From contig JAZAOF010000075.1 of the NCBI GenBank assembly GCA_036228265.1, positions 1-49,848 on the forward strand: a stretch of 49,848 nt of DNA. The letters are read 5' to 3'. This document shows positions 28,316-37,987 of this stretch, piece by piece. The stretch comes from Myxococcota bacterium (GTDB lineage Bacteria; Myxococcota_A; UBA9160; UBA4427). The notes beneath the pieces are model-generated. The model was not told the origin of the DNA. It searched no databases and worked only from the letters and a program-made list of their open reading frames with translations. The translations under genes were made by a program, and so were the position numbers. Positions within the stretch are counted from its first letter, which is position 1. Each line of letters opens with the position of its first letter.

Positions 28316-29832
28316 TTCCGCTCTCCGTGCCAGCGCAGGAGTGCGGGCACCCCGCCCCGGAAGTGAACCGCATCGAAGCCTTCTTTGCGCATGAGCTCGA
28401 CGAGGTGTGCGCTCTTGAGCCCGAATTCGCAGTAGACGAGGTAGCGGGAGTCCCGAGAAAAGTTCGGGTAGGCGCGGAGGGCATGGGCGAATTCAAGGAA
28501 GAGAGCCCCGGGGTGGTGCCACGAGTCGAAGGCCGCCCGGGACCGGAGATCGAGGACGGTTTGGTCGGGCTCGATGGCATCGACTTCCAGCCCGGGAACT
28601 TCGAGGGAGTCGAGGTCGAGTTGTCCCAGGTCGAACGTACTCATCTCCTGGAACGCCGACTCGAGTACGCCCGGCGTGAGTCGGCGCTCTTCGGCGGTGA
28701 TCGCCTCGAGAGCGGCGGATGTCGCCGGTTTGCGAGGGACCAGCGCGCAATATTCTCCCACGACCTTCGAAAGTTCATAGGTGCCGATGTGCCGGGCCGA
28801 GGCCAGGATCTCGTCCTTGTTGAGTCCAACTAGCGGGCGAAGTATGGGAAGCCGCGTCGCCTCCGAAACCACGGCCATATTCTGCAAGGTCTGGGAAGAC
28901 ACCTGGCCCATGGCGTCGCCCGTGATGATCGCGAGAGCGCCGGAGCTCGATGCAACATGCTCGGCCGCGCGCAGCATATGTCGTTTCAAAACCACCTGGA
29001 GATAGCGCGGCGTTACGTTCTTCTGCAGATCTTCTGCGACGATGTCGAAGTCGATGGCGTGAAACCGTGGCCGGGTGCCCGCACACCACTGCTCGGCGAG
29101 GCGTTGAAGAACCCGAAGCGCACCCAGTTGATGCGTTCGGCCACCGAGGTTGCAGAACACGAAATCAACCGAGACACCCCGTTTCATCATGTGCCATACG
29201 GCCACGGCCGAGTCGAACCCCCCGGAGACCAGCGCGACGGCACGCCCTTCCACGCCGAGGGGGAGGCCGCCCGGTCCCGGGATTCTTTCCGTAAAGAAAG
29301 CGGCCCGGCCGGGCATTACCTCGATCTGGACCTCGACCTCGGGACGATCGAGGTCCACACAACGCGCCGTCGCAAGCAGTGCCGTTCCCAGTTTGCGTTT
29401 TAGGTCGTTCGATCGAATCGCGATCCGTTCGCGGTTTCCGACCCGGCGGGCGCGGATGGCGAAGCTGCGGTCGCGGACCGTTTCGCCGAAGAGCTCGGTG
29501 GCCTTGTCGACGATGTCGTCCAGGTCGTTCCAGGGAAAGTGTTCGACGGGCGACACGGACTGAACCCCGAAGATCCGGGACAGGGTGTCGGTCGGCGGAG
29601 GGCCCGGGCTTTCGACGCGGATTCGGTCATGGCTTCGGAAGATCTCGGCCCGAATCCCCTGCTGCCGGAGCGCGTCCTTCATGTTGCGAATCAACCGCGT
29701 CACGAAGCGGCGCCGTGTCTCCCGGCCCTTGGTCGCGATGTCGCCGCCGAGGCGCACGAGGGTCGACGAATTGCGTTCGGAAGCCGGCCGGGTCGGCTCA
29801 GGGTTCGAGAATTCGGTCGGTCGAGCGCCCAT
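28312..29832 (-). CDS. thiI: tRNA 4-thiouridine synthase with C-terminal rhodanese domain
   Basis: THUMP region, GPGGLPLG, SGGFDS PP-loop, TGDAMGQVSSQT, RPLVG, EYC, YCEFGLKS. Confidence 0.93.
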   Translation of the reverse strand: MGARPTEFSNPEPTRPASERNSSTLVRLGGDIATKGRETRRRFVTRLIRNMKDALRQQGIRAEIFRSHDRIRVESPGPPPTDTLSRIFGVQSVSPVEHFPWNDLDDIVDKATELFGETVRDRSFAIRARRVGNRERIAIRSNDLKRKLGTALLATARCVDLDRPEVEVQIEVMPGRAAFFTERIPGPGGLPLGVEGRAVALVSGGFDSAVAVWHMMKRGVSVDFVFCNLGGRTHQLGALRVLQRLAEQWCAGTRPRFHAIDFDIVAEDLQKNVTPRYLQVVLKRHMLRAAEHVASSSGALAIITGDAMGQVSSQTLQNMAVVSEATRLPILRPLVGLNKDEILASARHIGTYELSKVVGEYCALVPRKPATSAALEAITAEERRLTPGVLESAFQEMSTFDLGQLDLDSLEVPGLEVDAIEPDQTVLDLRSRAAFDSWHHPGALFLEFAHALRAYPNFSRDSRYLVYCEFGLKSAHLVELMRKEGFDAVHFRGGVPALLRWHGERN

Positions 29833-29899
29833 CGGTCGGAGCCTACAGGAACCTCCCGCAGGCCGCGCGAAACCGGGTCCCGGGCGTAGAAAGGGATTT

Positions 29900-29919
29900 T
29901 TGGGTCTTTTTAGACCCAA
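29900..29919. promoter_or_regulatory. Inverted repeat in thiI/pal divergent region, possible regulator site
   Basis: TTGGGTCT-N4-AGACCCAA. Confidence 0.35.
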
Positions 29920-30102
29920 TACGGAGAGGCGCGGACACGAGTCCTGCCGAAGTCCAGTGCCCCCCGGAGGGTGGCAGTTGCGCTGCGGCAGAGGAATCCC
30001 CACTATCTGCCGCGACGCCTCGAGGCCCGGGACCCGTGGGGTTTTAGGGGATCCGGGACGGGGCCGGATTTCAACAGGATTCAAACGCGAAGTAAGGGGT
30101 CC

Positions 30103-30606
30103 ATGATGCGACGATCGACCACCCGATTTGGCACGGTTCTGGCCTGCGGGGCCGCTTTGGGATTGCTGGGTTCCGCCTGCGCGACGACCAAGGAAGAGCC
30201 CGCGGCGGCATCCACCGGCAGCGAGTTCGACCAGGGGCACACCCACGACAAGGCGCCGGAAATGAAGAAGGCGGCCGTGAAACTCGAGCCCGTCTATTTC
30301 GCCCTCGATCGCTCGGACCTTTCCGAAGAAGCGCGCTCGACGCTCCAGGGAGAGGCCGAAGCCATTCGTTTCGCGAAGGGCGAAGTGACGGTCCAGGGGT
30401 ACACCGACGACCGGGGCACCTGGGAGTACAACCTCGCCCTCGGGGATCGCCGTGCCAACTCGGTCAAGAATTATCTGTCGAACCTCGGAGTACCGAGCGC
30501 CAAGATGCAGACCGTCAGCTTCGGCGAGGCGGATCCGGCTGTCGAGGGCAACAACGAGGCGGCCTGGCGCTGGAATCGGCGCGTCACCTTCCGGGTGGAC
30601 AACTAA
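30103..30606 (+). CDS. pal: Peptidoglycan-associated lipoprotein (OmpA C-terminal domain)
   Basis: Lipobox LGSA-C, VYFALD, GYTDDRGTWEYNLALGDRRA, VSFGE, NRRV. Confidence 0.88.
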   Translation: MMRRSTTRFGTVLACGAALGLLGSACATTKEEPAAASTGSEFDQGHTHDKAPEMKKAAVKLEPVYFALDRSDLSEEARSTLQGEAEAIRFAKGEVTVQGYTDDRGTWEYNLALGDRRANSVKNYLSNLGVPSAKMQTVSFGEADPAVEGNNEAAWRWNRRVTFRVDN

Positions 30607-30737
30607 ACACCCGAGGCGTCGTTCGGCTCTACAGGGTTCGAGGCCCGTACCGCGGTCGTTTGAGCCGTTGGCTCGGTGGGCCGACGGGTGATACCGTGCC
30701 CGCAGTGTCCAATTGACGCGCGGTAGGAGCCCCCCAA

Positions 30738-32384
30738 ATGTCGATGCACGGTGGAAAACACGCGGCCAAGGCCCTCAAGGAAGCCGGGGTCGAGGTCATC
30801 TTCACGCTTTCTGGCGGCCACATCATGCCACTCTACGACGGTTGCGTGGACGAGGGCATCCGGATCGTCGACGTTCGCCACGAGCAGGCGGCCGTGCACG
30901 CGGCCGATGCCTGGGCGCGTTGCAACCCCGGGAAGATCGGGGTGGCGGCGATTACCGCAGGGCCGGGCGTCACCGATGGTGTGACCGGAGTGGCCAACGC
31001 CTGGCGGGCCAACTCCCCCATTCTCGTTTTTGGCGGCCAGGGACCCTTCGAAAATCTTCGCCGCGGTTCACTCCAGGAGATGGACCACATCGGCGTGATG
31101 CGTCCCATCACGAAGTACGCGGACGCCGTCTACCAGACCGAGAGGATCCCGGAGTACATCGAGTTGGCCATCCGGCACGCGGTGTCGGGAATTCCCGGAC
31201 CCGCCTACCTGGAGATCCCGATGGACGTCTTCATGGGGGAATGCGAGGAGGCTGAGGCGCCGGTACCGAAGATTCGAACGGCCCCGCCCCGGCTCTCTCC
31301 CGATCGCGGAGAGGTGAGAAACGCGATCGATCTCCTGCGCAATTCCCAGCGGGCCATGCTCATGGCCGGGACCTCGGTCAAGTGGTCGCAGGCCGCGAAG
31401 TCGATGAATCGTTTCATCGGCGAGACCCATATTCCGACCTATACGAACGGAATGGGGCGCGGCACCGTCCCGCCGGATTCCGAGGAATTTCTCAACCGTT
31501 CTCGCCGCGTGGCCCTGGAGAAGATCGACTGCATCGTGCTGGCGGGGACCCTGCTCGATTTCCGAATGCGGTTCGGGCAGACGATCCCGGCCGATGCGAA
31601 AATCATCCAGCTCGAAATGGACGCGACGTTGATCGGCCAGAACCGCTCGACCGATGTTCCCCTGGTCGGAAACCTCGGCTGTAGTTTCGACCTGTTGCTC
31701 GAGGAGATGAAGGAACAGGGAGTTTCCCTCGATTTTTCGGTGTGGCGCGATGAACTCCGCGCGGTCGAGGTCGAGGCGGAGGCGAAAGTGGAATCGGCGC
31801 TGAACAGCGACGAGACCCCCATCGACCCCCAGCGGATGTGTCGAGAGGTCCGGGACTGGCTCGACGATCTCGGAGATCCGATCGTCATCGGCGATGGGGG
31901 CGATATCGTGGCCACCGCGGCGAAGATTCTGCCCGTCAAGAGCGAAGGAGCCTGGATGGATCCGGGCCCGCTCGGGACCCTGGGTGTGGGAATGCCTTTC
32001 GGTCTGGCGGCCCAGCTCGCCAACGCCGATCGGCGCGTGGTGATTGTCTATGGCGATGGCTCCTTCGGCCTCAACGGCTTCGAGTTCGATACGGCCGTTC
32101 GCTTTGGCCTCCCGGTGATCGGGGTTATCGGGAACGACGGCGCCTGGGGACAGATGATGCGTCCCCAGGGCACGATCTATGGATGGGACCGCCTGCAGGG
32201 GACCCTTCTGAACTTCACGCGCTACGACAAGGTGGTGGAAGCCCTGGGCGGTCACGGCGAGTTCGTCGAGCGGCCCGAAGACATCCGGCCGGCCCTGGAC
32301 CGGGCTGCGGCCTCTGGGAAGCCCGCTCTCGTGAATGTCGTCATCCGCCAGGATCGAGAGTACAAGGGGTCGACCTACGTCTAG
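30738..32384 (+). CDS. ThDP-dependent enzyme, acetolactate synthase-like / 2-hydroxyacyl-CoA lyase-like
   Basis: LSGGHI, RHEQAA, TAGPG, GTLGVG, GDGSFG...N ThDP motif. Confidence 0.9.
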   Translation: MSMHGGKHAAKALKEAGVEVIFTLSGGHIMPLYDGCVDEGIRIVDVRHEQAAVHAADAWARCNPGKIGVAAITAGPGVTDGVTGVANAWRANSPILVFGGQGPFENLRRGSLQEMDHIGVMRPITKYADAVYQTERIPEYIELAIRHAVSGIPGPAYLEIPMDVFMGECEEAEAPVPKIRTAPPRLSPDRGEVRNAIDLLRNSQRAMLMAGTSVKWSQAAKSMNRFIGETHIPTYTNGMGRGTVPPDSEEFLNRSRRVALEKIDCIVLAGTLLDFRMRFGQTIPADAKIIQLEMDATLIGQNRSTDVPLVGNLGCSFDLLLEEMKEQGVSLDFSVWRDELRAVEVEAEAKVESALNSDETPIDPQRMCREVRDWLDDLGDPIVIGDGGDIVATAAKILPVKSEGAWMDPGPLGTLGVGMPFGLAAQLANADRRVVIVYGDGSFGLNGFEFDTAVRFGLPVIGVIGNDGAWGQMMRPQGTIYGWDRLQGTLLNFTRYDKVVEALGGHGEFVERPEDIRPALDRAAASGKPALVNVVIRQDREYKGSTYV

Positions 32385-32423
32385 GGGGCGGAAACGCCGC
32401 CGCGCCCAGGTTGCGGGAGCGTT

Positions 32424-35246
32424 GTGCTGAAGATCGAAGCGGGGGACGCCGAAAGGTTCGGGATCTCCGTACGCGCCTTCGCCGACTTCACCCGAGCGCT
32501 CGGCCCGATGGCCGTGGTGGATCTCGAAACCACGGGCCTTCCCGACGACCCTGGCGCGGAACTCCTTGAATTTGGCGCCGTTTGTTTCGATCGAGATGGC
32601 TCCGAGGTCACGACCGCCCAGACCCTGGTACGCCCCCGGACGGCCCTACCGCTGTTGATTCGTCGCTTGACGGGGCTCTCGGACGCGGACGTGAGCGATG
32701 CTCCCACGAAGGAAGAGGTCGCCGCAGAGATTGCGGACCTCCTGGCGGGCCGGGTGTTGATCGCTCACAACGCCGATTTCGAGCGTACCTTCCTCGCGCG
32801 CTGCGTGGACCCGGCCCTGGCGGATGCGGTCTTCCTCGACACCCAGGACCTTCTTGCCCTGACGCATCCTGACGCACCGGATCTGCGACTGGAGTCGTTT
32901 ACGCGCATGCTCCTCTCCACGGAGGAGCGACATCGCGCACTCGACGATGCCCTCGACACCGCTCGCGTGTTGTCGCGAATTTCCGACGGGGCGGCTTCGG
33001 GATCCTCACGCTATCTCACTGCTCGCGCGGCACTGGACCGTTACGCCCCCGAGTCGCCGTGGCTCGCGCTGCTCGGCCAGCAACTGGACGTGGGTTCGCA
33101 AAGCGAGTCGAACCCCTACATCGAGGTGGGGCCCAGCGCGGAGAAGCCCGTGGCCTTTGACGAAGAGGCCATTGCCAGCGCTCTCTCCGATGTGGAGAGA
33201 GGCCAGCGGCATTTTCCCGGGTACCGGATTCGAAAAGAACAGGTCGATCTCGCCCGTCATTTCTTTCGCAACTTCGATTCGGGAGGAGCGCTTCTGATCG
33301 AGGGAGGTACGGGCGTCGGGAAGTCTCTCGCGTACCTGGCGGCTGCAATTCCCTTCGCGATGGAGCGTGCAGCGGGCGGCATTCGCGAACCGATCGTGGT
33401 GTCGACACGAACCAAGCTTCTCCAGGATCAACTTCTCGAGAAGGATATTGGGAGCGCCGCGCGGATGTTGGGCTATCCCGACCTTCGCGCTCTCTCGATC
33501 AAGGGGCGCGCCAACTACGTGTGCGAGCGCCGGTCCGAGCACGTGCTGGACGAAGGACGCCAGGGTTCGATATTCGAAGAGGACCGCTACGCCTCCGCGG
33601 TGTTGATGGCGTGCGTACGCACGCGCGCCCACGGTGAGATCGGCGCGATTCCGGCCGCCCTGCTCCGCCGCTACCCTCCGTTGCGCGAGCTTTTGCGCCG
33701 CTCGGTGTCCTCTCGCCCGGTTCAATGCAGCCGCGAACAGTGTGCCCGACGGCGAGAGTGTCCGTTCGGACGGCGTCGATCCGCCCTGGCGAGAGCCCAT
33801 CTCATCGTCGCCAACCACGACTTGTTGCTGCGCTGGCCGCCAGACTATCCGTCCTTCACGCACGCGATTGCCGACGAGGGTCACGAGCTGTCGGGAGTGG
33901 CCGACGAAGTTTATGCCACCGTCGTGCGCCCGGATGAAATCATCGAACGCGTCGATGAAATTTTCGGCCGCCCATCGGATCGGGGTCGGGGGGGTACCGG
34001 GCTGGCACGCCCGGCCCGCCGGGGAGTGGGGAAGGATGCCCGGGCGTGGCGTCGCGATCTCTACGCGGACCTGAGCGCGCTTGGTCGTGTTCTCTACGAC
34101 GACGCGAGCGAGTACGGAGAAGTTCACCTTCCCGAGAATGCGGCCGATCGCCTTCCGCTGGCCGCGGAGTTGGCGACGACCGCGGCCCTGCGCCTGGAGC
34201 AGGTGGCCTCGGAAGCCATGCGGCGGGACGCCGAGGCCCGGGACGCGGACGGCGACGAGAGAGAAGACGGACCTTCCCCGGTGGAGAGCGCGGCCCAGGA
34301 CCTCCGGCTCGCCTCCACCGGGCTTCGCGAGGCTTTCTCCGATCGGTCGAGCGAAGCGGTTTCGGCTTTCGAACAGCTCGCGAGCCCTTTTGACCACTGG
34401 CAATTGTCGATTCGCGCCGTTTCCCCGGCCCCCGCGTTTCACGAAGCTTTTCTCTCCCGGCTCGAATCGTTTGCCGCGGTCTCGGCGAGCCTTTTTGTCG
34501 GTGGCGACGCGTTTGCGGCCCTGGGCGAGTTGGAGATTTCCGAGCGCAGTCTCCTGCCCGTCTCGCAGGTCGCGGTGGAGAGCCCATTCCCCTATTCCGC
34601 GCATATGCGTTTCGCGGCCCTGAAGCAGGCGGAGGGAGAATTGGTCGACGAGACCGCGGCGGTGTTGGCCGATCTCGCTCGCCGACTCGATGGGCGGACG
34701 CTTGGACTCTTTACGAGCCTGAGGCGCATGAACCGGGTAGCGGAACTTCTGAGCGAGGAGTTTCGCGGCGAAGGCATCGAGATCCTGGCTCCCCGCCGCG
34801 CCAGTGACGACCCGTCGGCGTTGGTCGAGCGTTTTTGTCGCGCCCGCGGTGGCGCGGTGCTTCTCGGCGCTCGGACCTTCTGGCAAGGCCTGGACATTCC
34901 CGGCACCGACCTCCAGGCGGTCGTGATCGAAAAGCTGCCGTTCGAAGTGCCCACCGAATTGCGTCGGCGTCGGGAGTCCCGGATCCGGGAGGCCGGAGGG
35001 GATCCGTTCATGCGGTTCGCGCTGGGCAAGATGCTGCTCCACCTGAAGCAGATGGCCGGGCGACTGATCCGGAGCGAAGACGATCGCGGGCTGGTTGTCG
35101 TCGTGGAGGGTCGGACCGATCGTCGCTATTTCCGGCAGCTTTCCCGGGCTCTCCCGGGCGGGGTCCAGGTCCGCGTTGGGCGCCGAGAATTTCTTTCGGG
35201 CCTACTTGCCGAACTGGGCCTCGGCACGCATGTTGACGATGCCTGA
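32424..35246 (+). CDS. dinG: DEDDh 3'-5' exonuclease fused to DinG-family Fe-S helicase
   Basis: VDLETTG, AHNADFE, HRALDDA; GGTGVGKS, KGRANYVC and CSREQC...CPF, DEGH, FWQGLD, QMAGRLIRS. Confidence 0.9.
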   Translation: MLKIEAGDAERFGISVRAFADFTRALGPMAVVDLETTGLPDDPGAELLEFGAVCFDRDGSEVTTAQTLVRPRTALPLLIRRLTGLSDADVSDAPTKEEVAAEIADLLAGRVLIAHNADFERTFLARCVDPALADAVFLDTQDLLALTHPDAPDLRLESFTRMLLSTEERHRALDDALDTARVLSRISDGAASGSSRYLTARAALDRYAPESPWLALLGQQLDVGSQSESNPYIEVGPSAEKPVAFDEEAIASALSDVERGQRHFPGYRIRKEQVDLARHFFRNFDSGGALLIEGGTGVGKSLAYLAAAIPFAMERAAGGIREPIVVSTRTKLLQDQLLEKDIGSAARMLGYPDLRALSIKGRANYVCERRSEHVLDEGRQGSIFEEDRYASAVLMACVRTRAHGEIGAIPAALLRRYPPLRELLRRSVSSRPVQCSREQCARRRECPFGRRRSALARAHLIVANHDLLLRWPPDYPSFTHAIADEGHELSGVADEVYATVVRPDEIIERVDEIFGRPSDRGRGGTGLARPARRGVGKDARAWRRDLYADLSALGRVLYDDASEYGEVHLPENAADRLPLAAELATTAALRLEQVASEAMRRDAEARDADGDEREDGPSPVESAAQDLRLASTGLREAFSDRSSEAVSAFEQLASPFDHWQLSIRAVSPAPAFHEAFLSRLESFAAVSASLFVGGDAFAALGELEISERSLLPVSQVAVESPFPYSAHMRFAALKQAEGELVDETAAVLADLARRLDGRTLGLFTSLRRMNRVAELLSEEFRGEGIEILAPRRASDDPSALVERFCRARGGAVLLGARTFWQGLDIPGTDLQAVVIEKLPFEVPTELRRRRESRIREAGGDPFMRFALGKMLLHLKQMAGRLIRSEDDRGLVVVVEGRTDRRYFRQLSRALPGGVQVRVGRREFLSGLLAELGLGTHVDDA

Positions 35247-35259
35247 CCCGACGGCATAC

Positions 35260-35275
35260 TGGCTCGGAGCTTGCT
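35260..35275 (+). promoter_or_regulatory. Candidate sigma54 promoter of the fatty-acid operon
   Basis: TGGCTCGGAGCTTGCT, one mismatch to TGGCACGNNNNTTGCW, intergenic. Confidence 0.5.
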
Positions 35276-35451
35276 TGGGGGCGCTGGAGCGAGATCGGAC
35301 CGGTGTGCTCCTCGGGCATCCGATCACGGAAAAGGCTGTAAATCCAAGCTGTTAAAATCGAAGCGGAAACCCCGGCGGGTTTTCGCGAGGCAACCGATTA
35401 CGGAGCGCCGTCCGGGCTTCGAGACCGACATCCTCAGAGGGAGGGGAAATA

Positions 35452-36399
35452 GTGGCAACCGCGTTCGACGAGGGGAACTGGGCGCTGATCCTCGGTGGTT
35501 CCAGTGGTTTCGGATTGGCCACGGCGCGCAAGCTCGCCGAACAGGGTTTGAACCTCTGCATCGTGCACCGCGACCGGCGTGGAGCCATGCGCCAGATCGA
35601 GCCCGAATTCGAAAAGCTTCGAAGCCTTGGGATCGGATTCCGCTCCTGGAACGTCGACGCGATTTCGGAAGAGAAACGCACGGGAGTCCTCGATGAGCTG
35701 CCCGAGGTGATGGGCGAGAATGGCCGCGTTCGCGTGCTCCTCCACTCGATTGCGTTCGGCAACCTGAAGCTGATCGCCCCGGAAGCCCGGCTGCCCCGCA
35801 CGGCGCCGCAGGCCCTGGCGGAAAAGCTTGGCCTCGATCCGGGTGCGGTCGTTGCGGCCGCGGACGAACTGCTCTCCGCCGGAGAGGATGGGCTCCATCC
35901 GCTGGCGACGCCTCCGGCCTATTCGGCGACGTCCTATCTCTCCGAGGATGATTTCGCTCGCACGATTCTCAGCATGGGGACCAGCCTTCTGGGTTGGACC
36001 CAGGGGTTGTTTGACCGGGGCCTCTTCGCAAACAACGCGCGCATCTTCGGCCTGACGAGCGAGGGGAATACGCTCGCGTGGAAGGGGTATGCCGCGGTAT
36101 CGAGCGCCAAGGTGGCCCTGGAGGCGTTGGCCCGTTCCATTGCCGTCGAGTACGGACCGCACGGGATCCGCTGCAACGTGATCCAGGCGGGGATCACCGA
36201 TACGCCGGCCCTCCGAGCGATTCCTGGCAACGAACAACTCGTGGCCCAGGCGCGCCTTCGCAACCCGGGGGGGCGCCTGACCGAGCCCCACGATGTGGCC
36301 GACGTCATCTATCTCCTTTCGTTGGAGGAGGCCTCCTGGATCAACGGCGAAGTCATCCGCGTCGATGGGGGTGAGCATGTTTCGGGGGTAACGCGTTGA
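35452..36399 (+). CDS. Enoyl-ACP reductase, FabL/FabI-like SDR
   Basis: GGSSGFG, LLHSIAFG, LTSEG, YAAVSSAK (Y-x6-K), TDTPAL, VDGG. Confidence 0.8.
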   Translation: MATAFDEGNWALILGGSSGFGLATARKLAEQGLNLCIVHRDRRGAMRQIEPEFEKLRSLGIGFRSWNVDAISEEKRTGVLDELPEVMGENGRVRVLLHSIAFGNLKLIAPEARLPRTAPQALAEKLGLDPGAVVAAADELLSAGEDGLHPLATPPAYSATSYLSEDDFARTILSMGTSLLGWTQGLFDRGLFANNARIFGLTSEGNTLAWKGYAAVSSAKVALEALARSIAVEYGPHGIRCNVIQAGITDTPALRAIPGNEQLVAQARLRNPGGRLTEPHDVADVIYLLSLEEASWINGEVIRVDGGEHVSGVTR

Positions 36400-37400
36400 C
36401 CCTGCACCTCCACGGACTCGGTCATTTCCACCCCGATGCCGAGATCACCAACGGCTTTCTCGAAGAGCTCGATATCGGGACCGACGACGAATGGATCCTC
36501 GATCGCGTTGGAATTCGCTCCCGCCGGACAATGCTTCCTCTCGATTACATCCGGGAAACCCGGAATCGCGATCCGCGGGAAGCCCTCGAGGCGGCGACTT
36601 TTTCGAACGCCCAAACCGGCGCTGAGGCCGCGCGCATGGCGCTACGGCGTGCGCAGGTCGAGCCTTCCGAAATCGGCATGGTCATCGCGGGATCGTCGGC
36701 TATGGACACGGCTTCGCCGGCCGAGGCGTGCAATATTGCTCGCGAACTCGAGATCGAAGTTCCGAGCTTCGACATCAACTCGGCCTGCACGAGTTTCTTC
36801 ACCCAACTCTACCTGCTCTCCCGGATGCAGCCGGAGTCTCTGCCGAACTTCATCCTGGTCGTGACGCCCGAGGGTTTGACGCGAACCGTCGACTACACCG
36901 ACCGCTCCTCCGCGGTGCTCTGGGGAGATGCGGCGGCGGCGGCGGTGGTCTCCCTGGTGGAGCCCGGGCGCGCCGAAATCGTCGACACCAGCCTTGTCTC
37001 GAGCCCGGCAGGAGCGGAGAAGGTGGTCGTTCCGCGCATCGGTCACTTTCACCAGGAAGGTCGCACCGTCCAGATGTTTGCCATCAAGAAGACCTCGCGG
37101 ATCCTTCGGGCGCTCCAGGCCGATCACGGGGGGGGCGACCGCGCGTTTCATTTCGTGGGACACCAGGCCAACCTGCGAATGCTCGAGACGGTCTGTGAAC
37201 GCTGTAAGATCCCGTCGGACCGTCACCACGCGAATGTCGAATGGTATGGAAACACGGCTGCGGCCAGCGCCGCCTCTGTCATTTCGATGGAGTGGGACAA
37301 GTGGTCCGCGGAAGACGATATCGCTGTCGTTGGAGTGGGGTCCGGGCTCACGTGGTCCGGGTACCTGATGCGCTTTTCCGGGGAGGAGCCCGATCCGTGA
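36396..37400 (+). CDS. fabH: 3-oxoacyl-ACP synthase III (FabH-like)
   Basis: WILDRVGIRSR, SAC, WGDAA, HQAN, YGNT (C-H-N triad), GSGLTW. Confidence 0.88.
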   Translation: MTLHLHGLGHFHPDAEITNGFLEELDIGTDDEWILDRVGIRSRRTMLPLDYIRETRNRDPREALEAATFSNAQTGAEAARMALRRAQVEPSEIGMVIAGSSAMDTASPAEACNIARELEIEVPSFDINSACTSFFTQLYLLSRMQPESLPNFILVVTPEGLTRTVDYTDRSSAVLWGDAAAAAVVSLVEPGRAEIVDTSLVSSPAGAEKVVVPRIGHFHQEGRTVQMFAIKKTSRILRALQADHGGGDRAFHFVGHQANLRMLETVCERCKIPSDRHHANVEWYGNTAAASAASVISMEWDKWSAEDDIAVVGVGSGLTWSGYLMRFSGEEPDP

Positions 37401-37987
37401 AATACGATGAATTTCTCTCCCGGGACCACTTTACGAAGCCCGAACTGTTGGCGCACTCGTACGGTCGTCTCGTGGAGAATCCACCGGAACACTTCCGGGC
37501 CCGGTTACCGGCGCCGCCAATGCTGATGCTCGATCGCGTGCTTGAGCTTTCGGCGCAAAAGTCCCGCGGGAGGATGGTGGCCGAGCGCGACATTCATCTC
37601 GACGACTGGTTTTTCCAATGTCACTTCGATGGAGATCCGGTTCAGCCGGGCTGTCTCGGGGTCGATGGGATCTGGCAGATGCTGGGCTTTTACTGCATCT
37701 GGCGGGGGGGGCTTGGGTCCGGGCGTGCTCTTGGGTGCGGCGAAGTTGATTTTTTTGGACAGATCCGCCCTCACGACAAGGTCGTTCGCTACGAGGTCGA
37801 CATCCGTCGCTACACGGAAATTCCCCAGCACGGCGCTTCGATCGTGATCGGCGATGCGCGGCTCCTGGTCGATGGCGAGGAGATCTACGCGGTCAAGCAG
37901 GCCAAGGTTGGACTCTTTCGGGACATCGATTACGCGGATTACCCGCTGCCCTCCGAGCGTTCTCGCGGCGGGAGGATGGAGCGATGA
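37397..37987 (+). CDS. fabA: 3-hydroxydecanoyl-ACP dehydratase/isomerase
   Basis: LPAPPMLMLDR, WFFQCHFDGDPVQPGCLGVD (His/Asp), GRALG, KVGLF. Confidence 0.92.
   Translation: MKYDEFLSRDHFTKPELLAHSYGRLVENPPEHFRARLPAPPMLMLDRVLELSAQKSRGRMVAERDIHLDDWFFQCHFDGDPVQPGCLGVDGIWQMLGFYCIWRGGLGSGRALGCGEVDFFGQIRPHDKVVRYEVDIRRYTEIPQHGASIVIGDARLLVDGEEIYAVKQAKVGLFRDIDYADYPLPSERSRGGRMER

Noticed and set aside
32424-35246. Type IV CRISPR CasDinG or defence helicase
   Set aside because: No cas genes or array; housekeeping context
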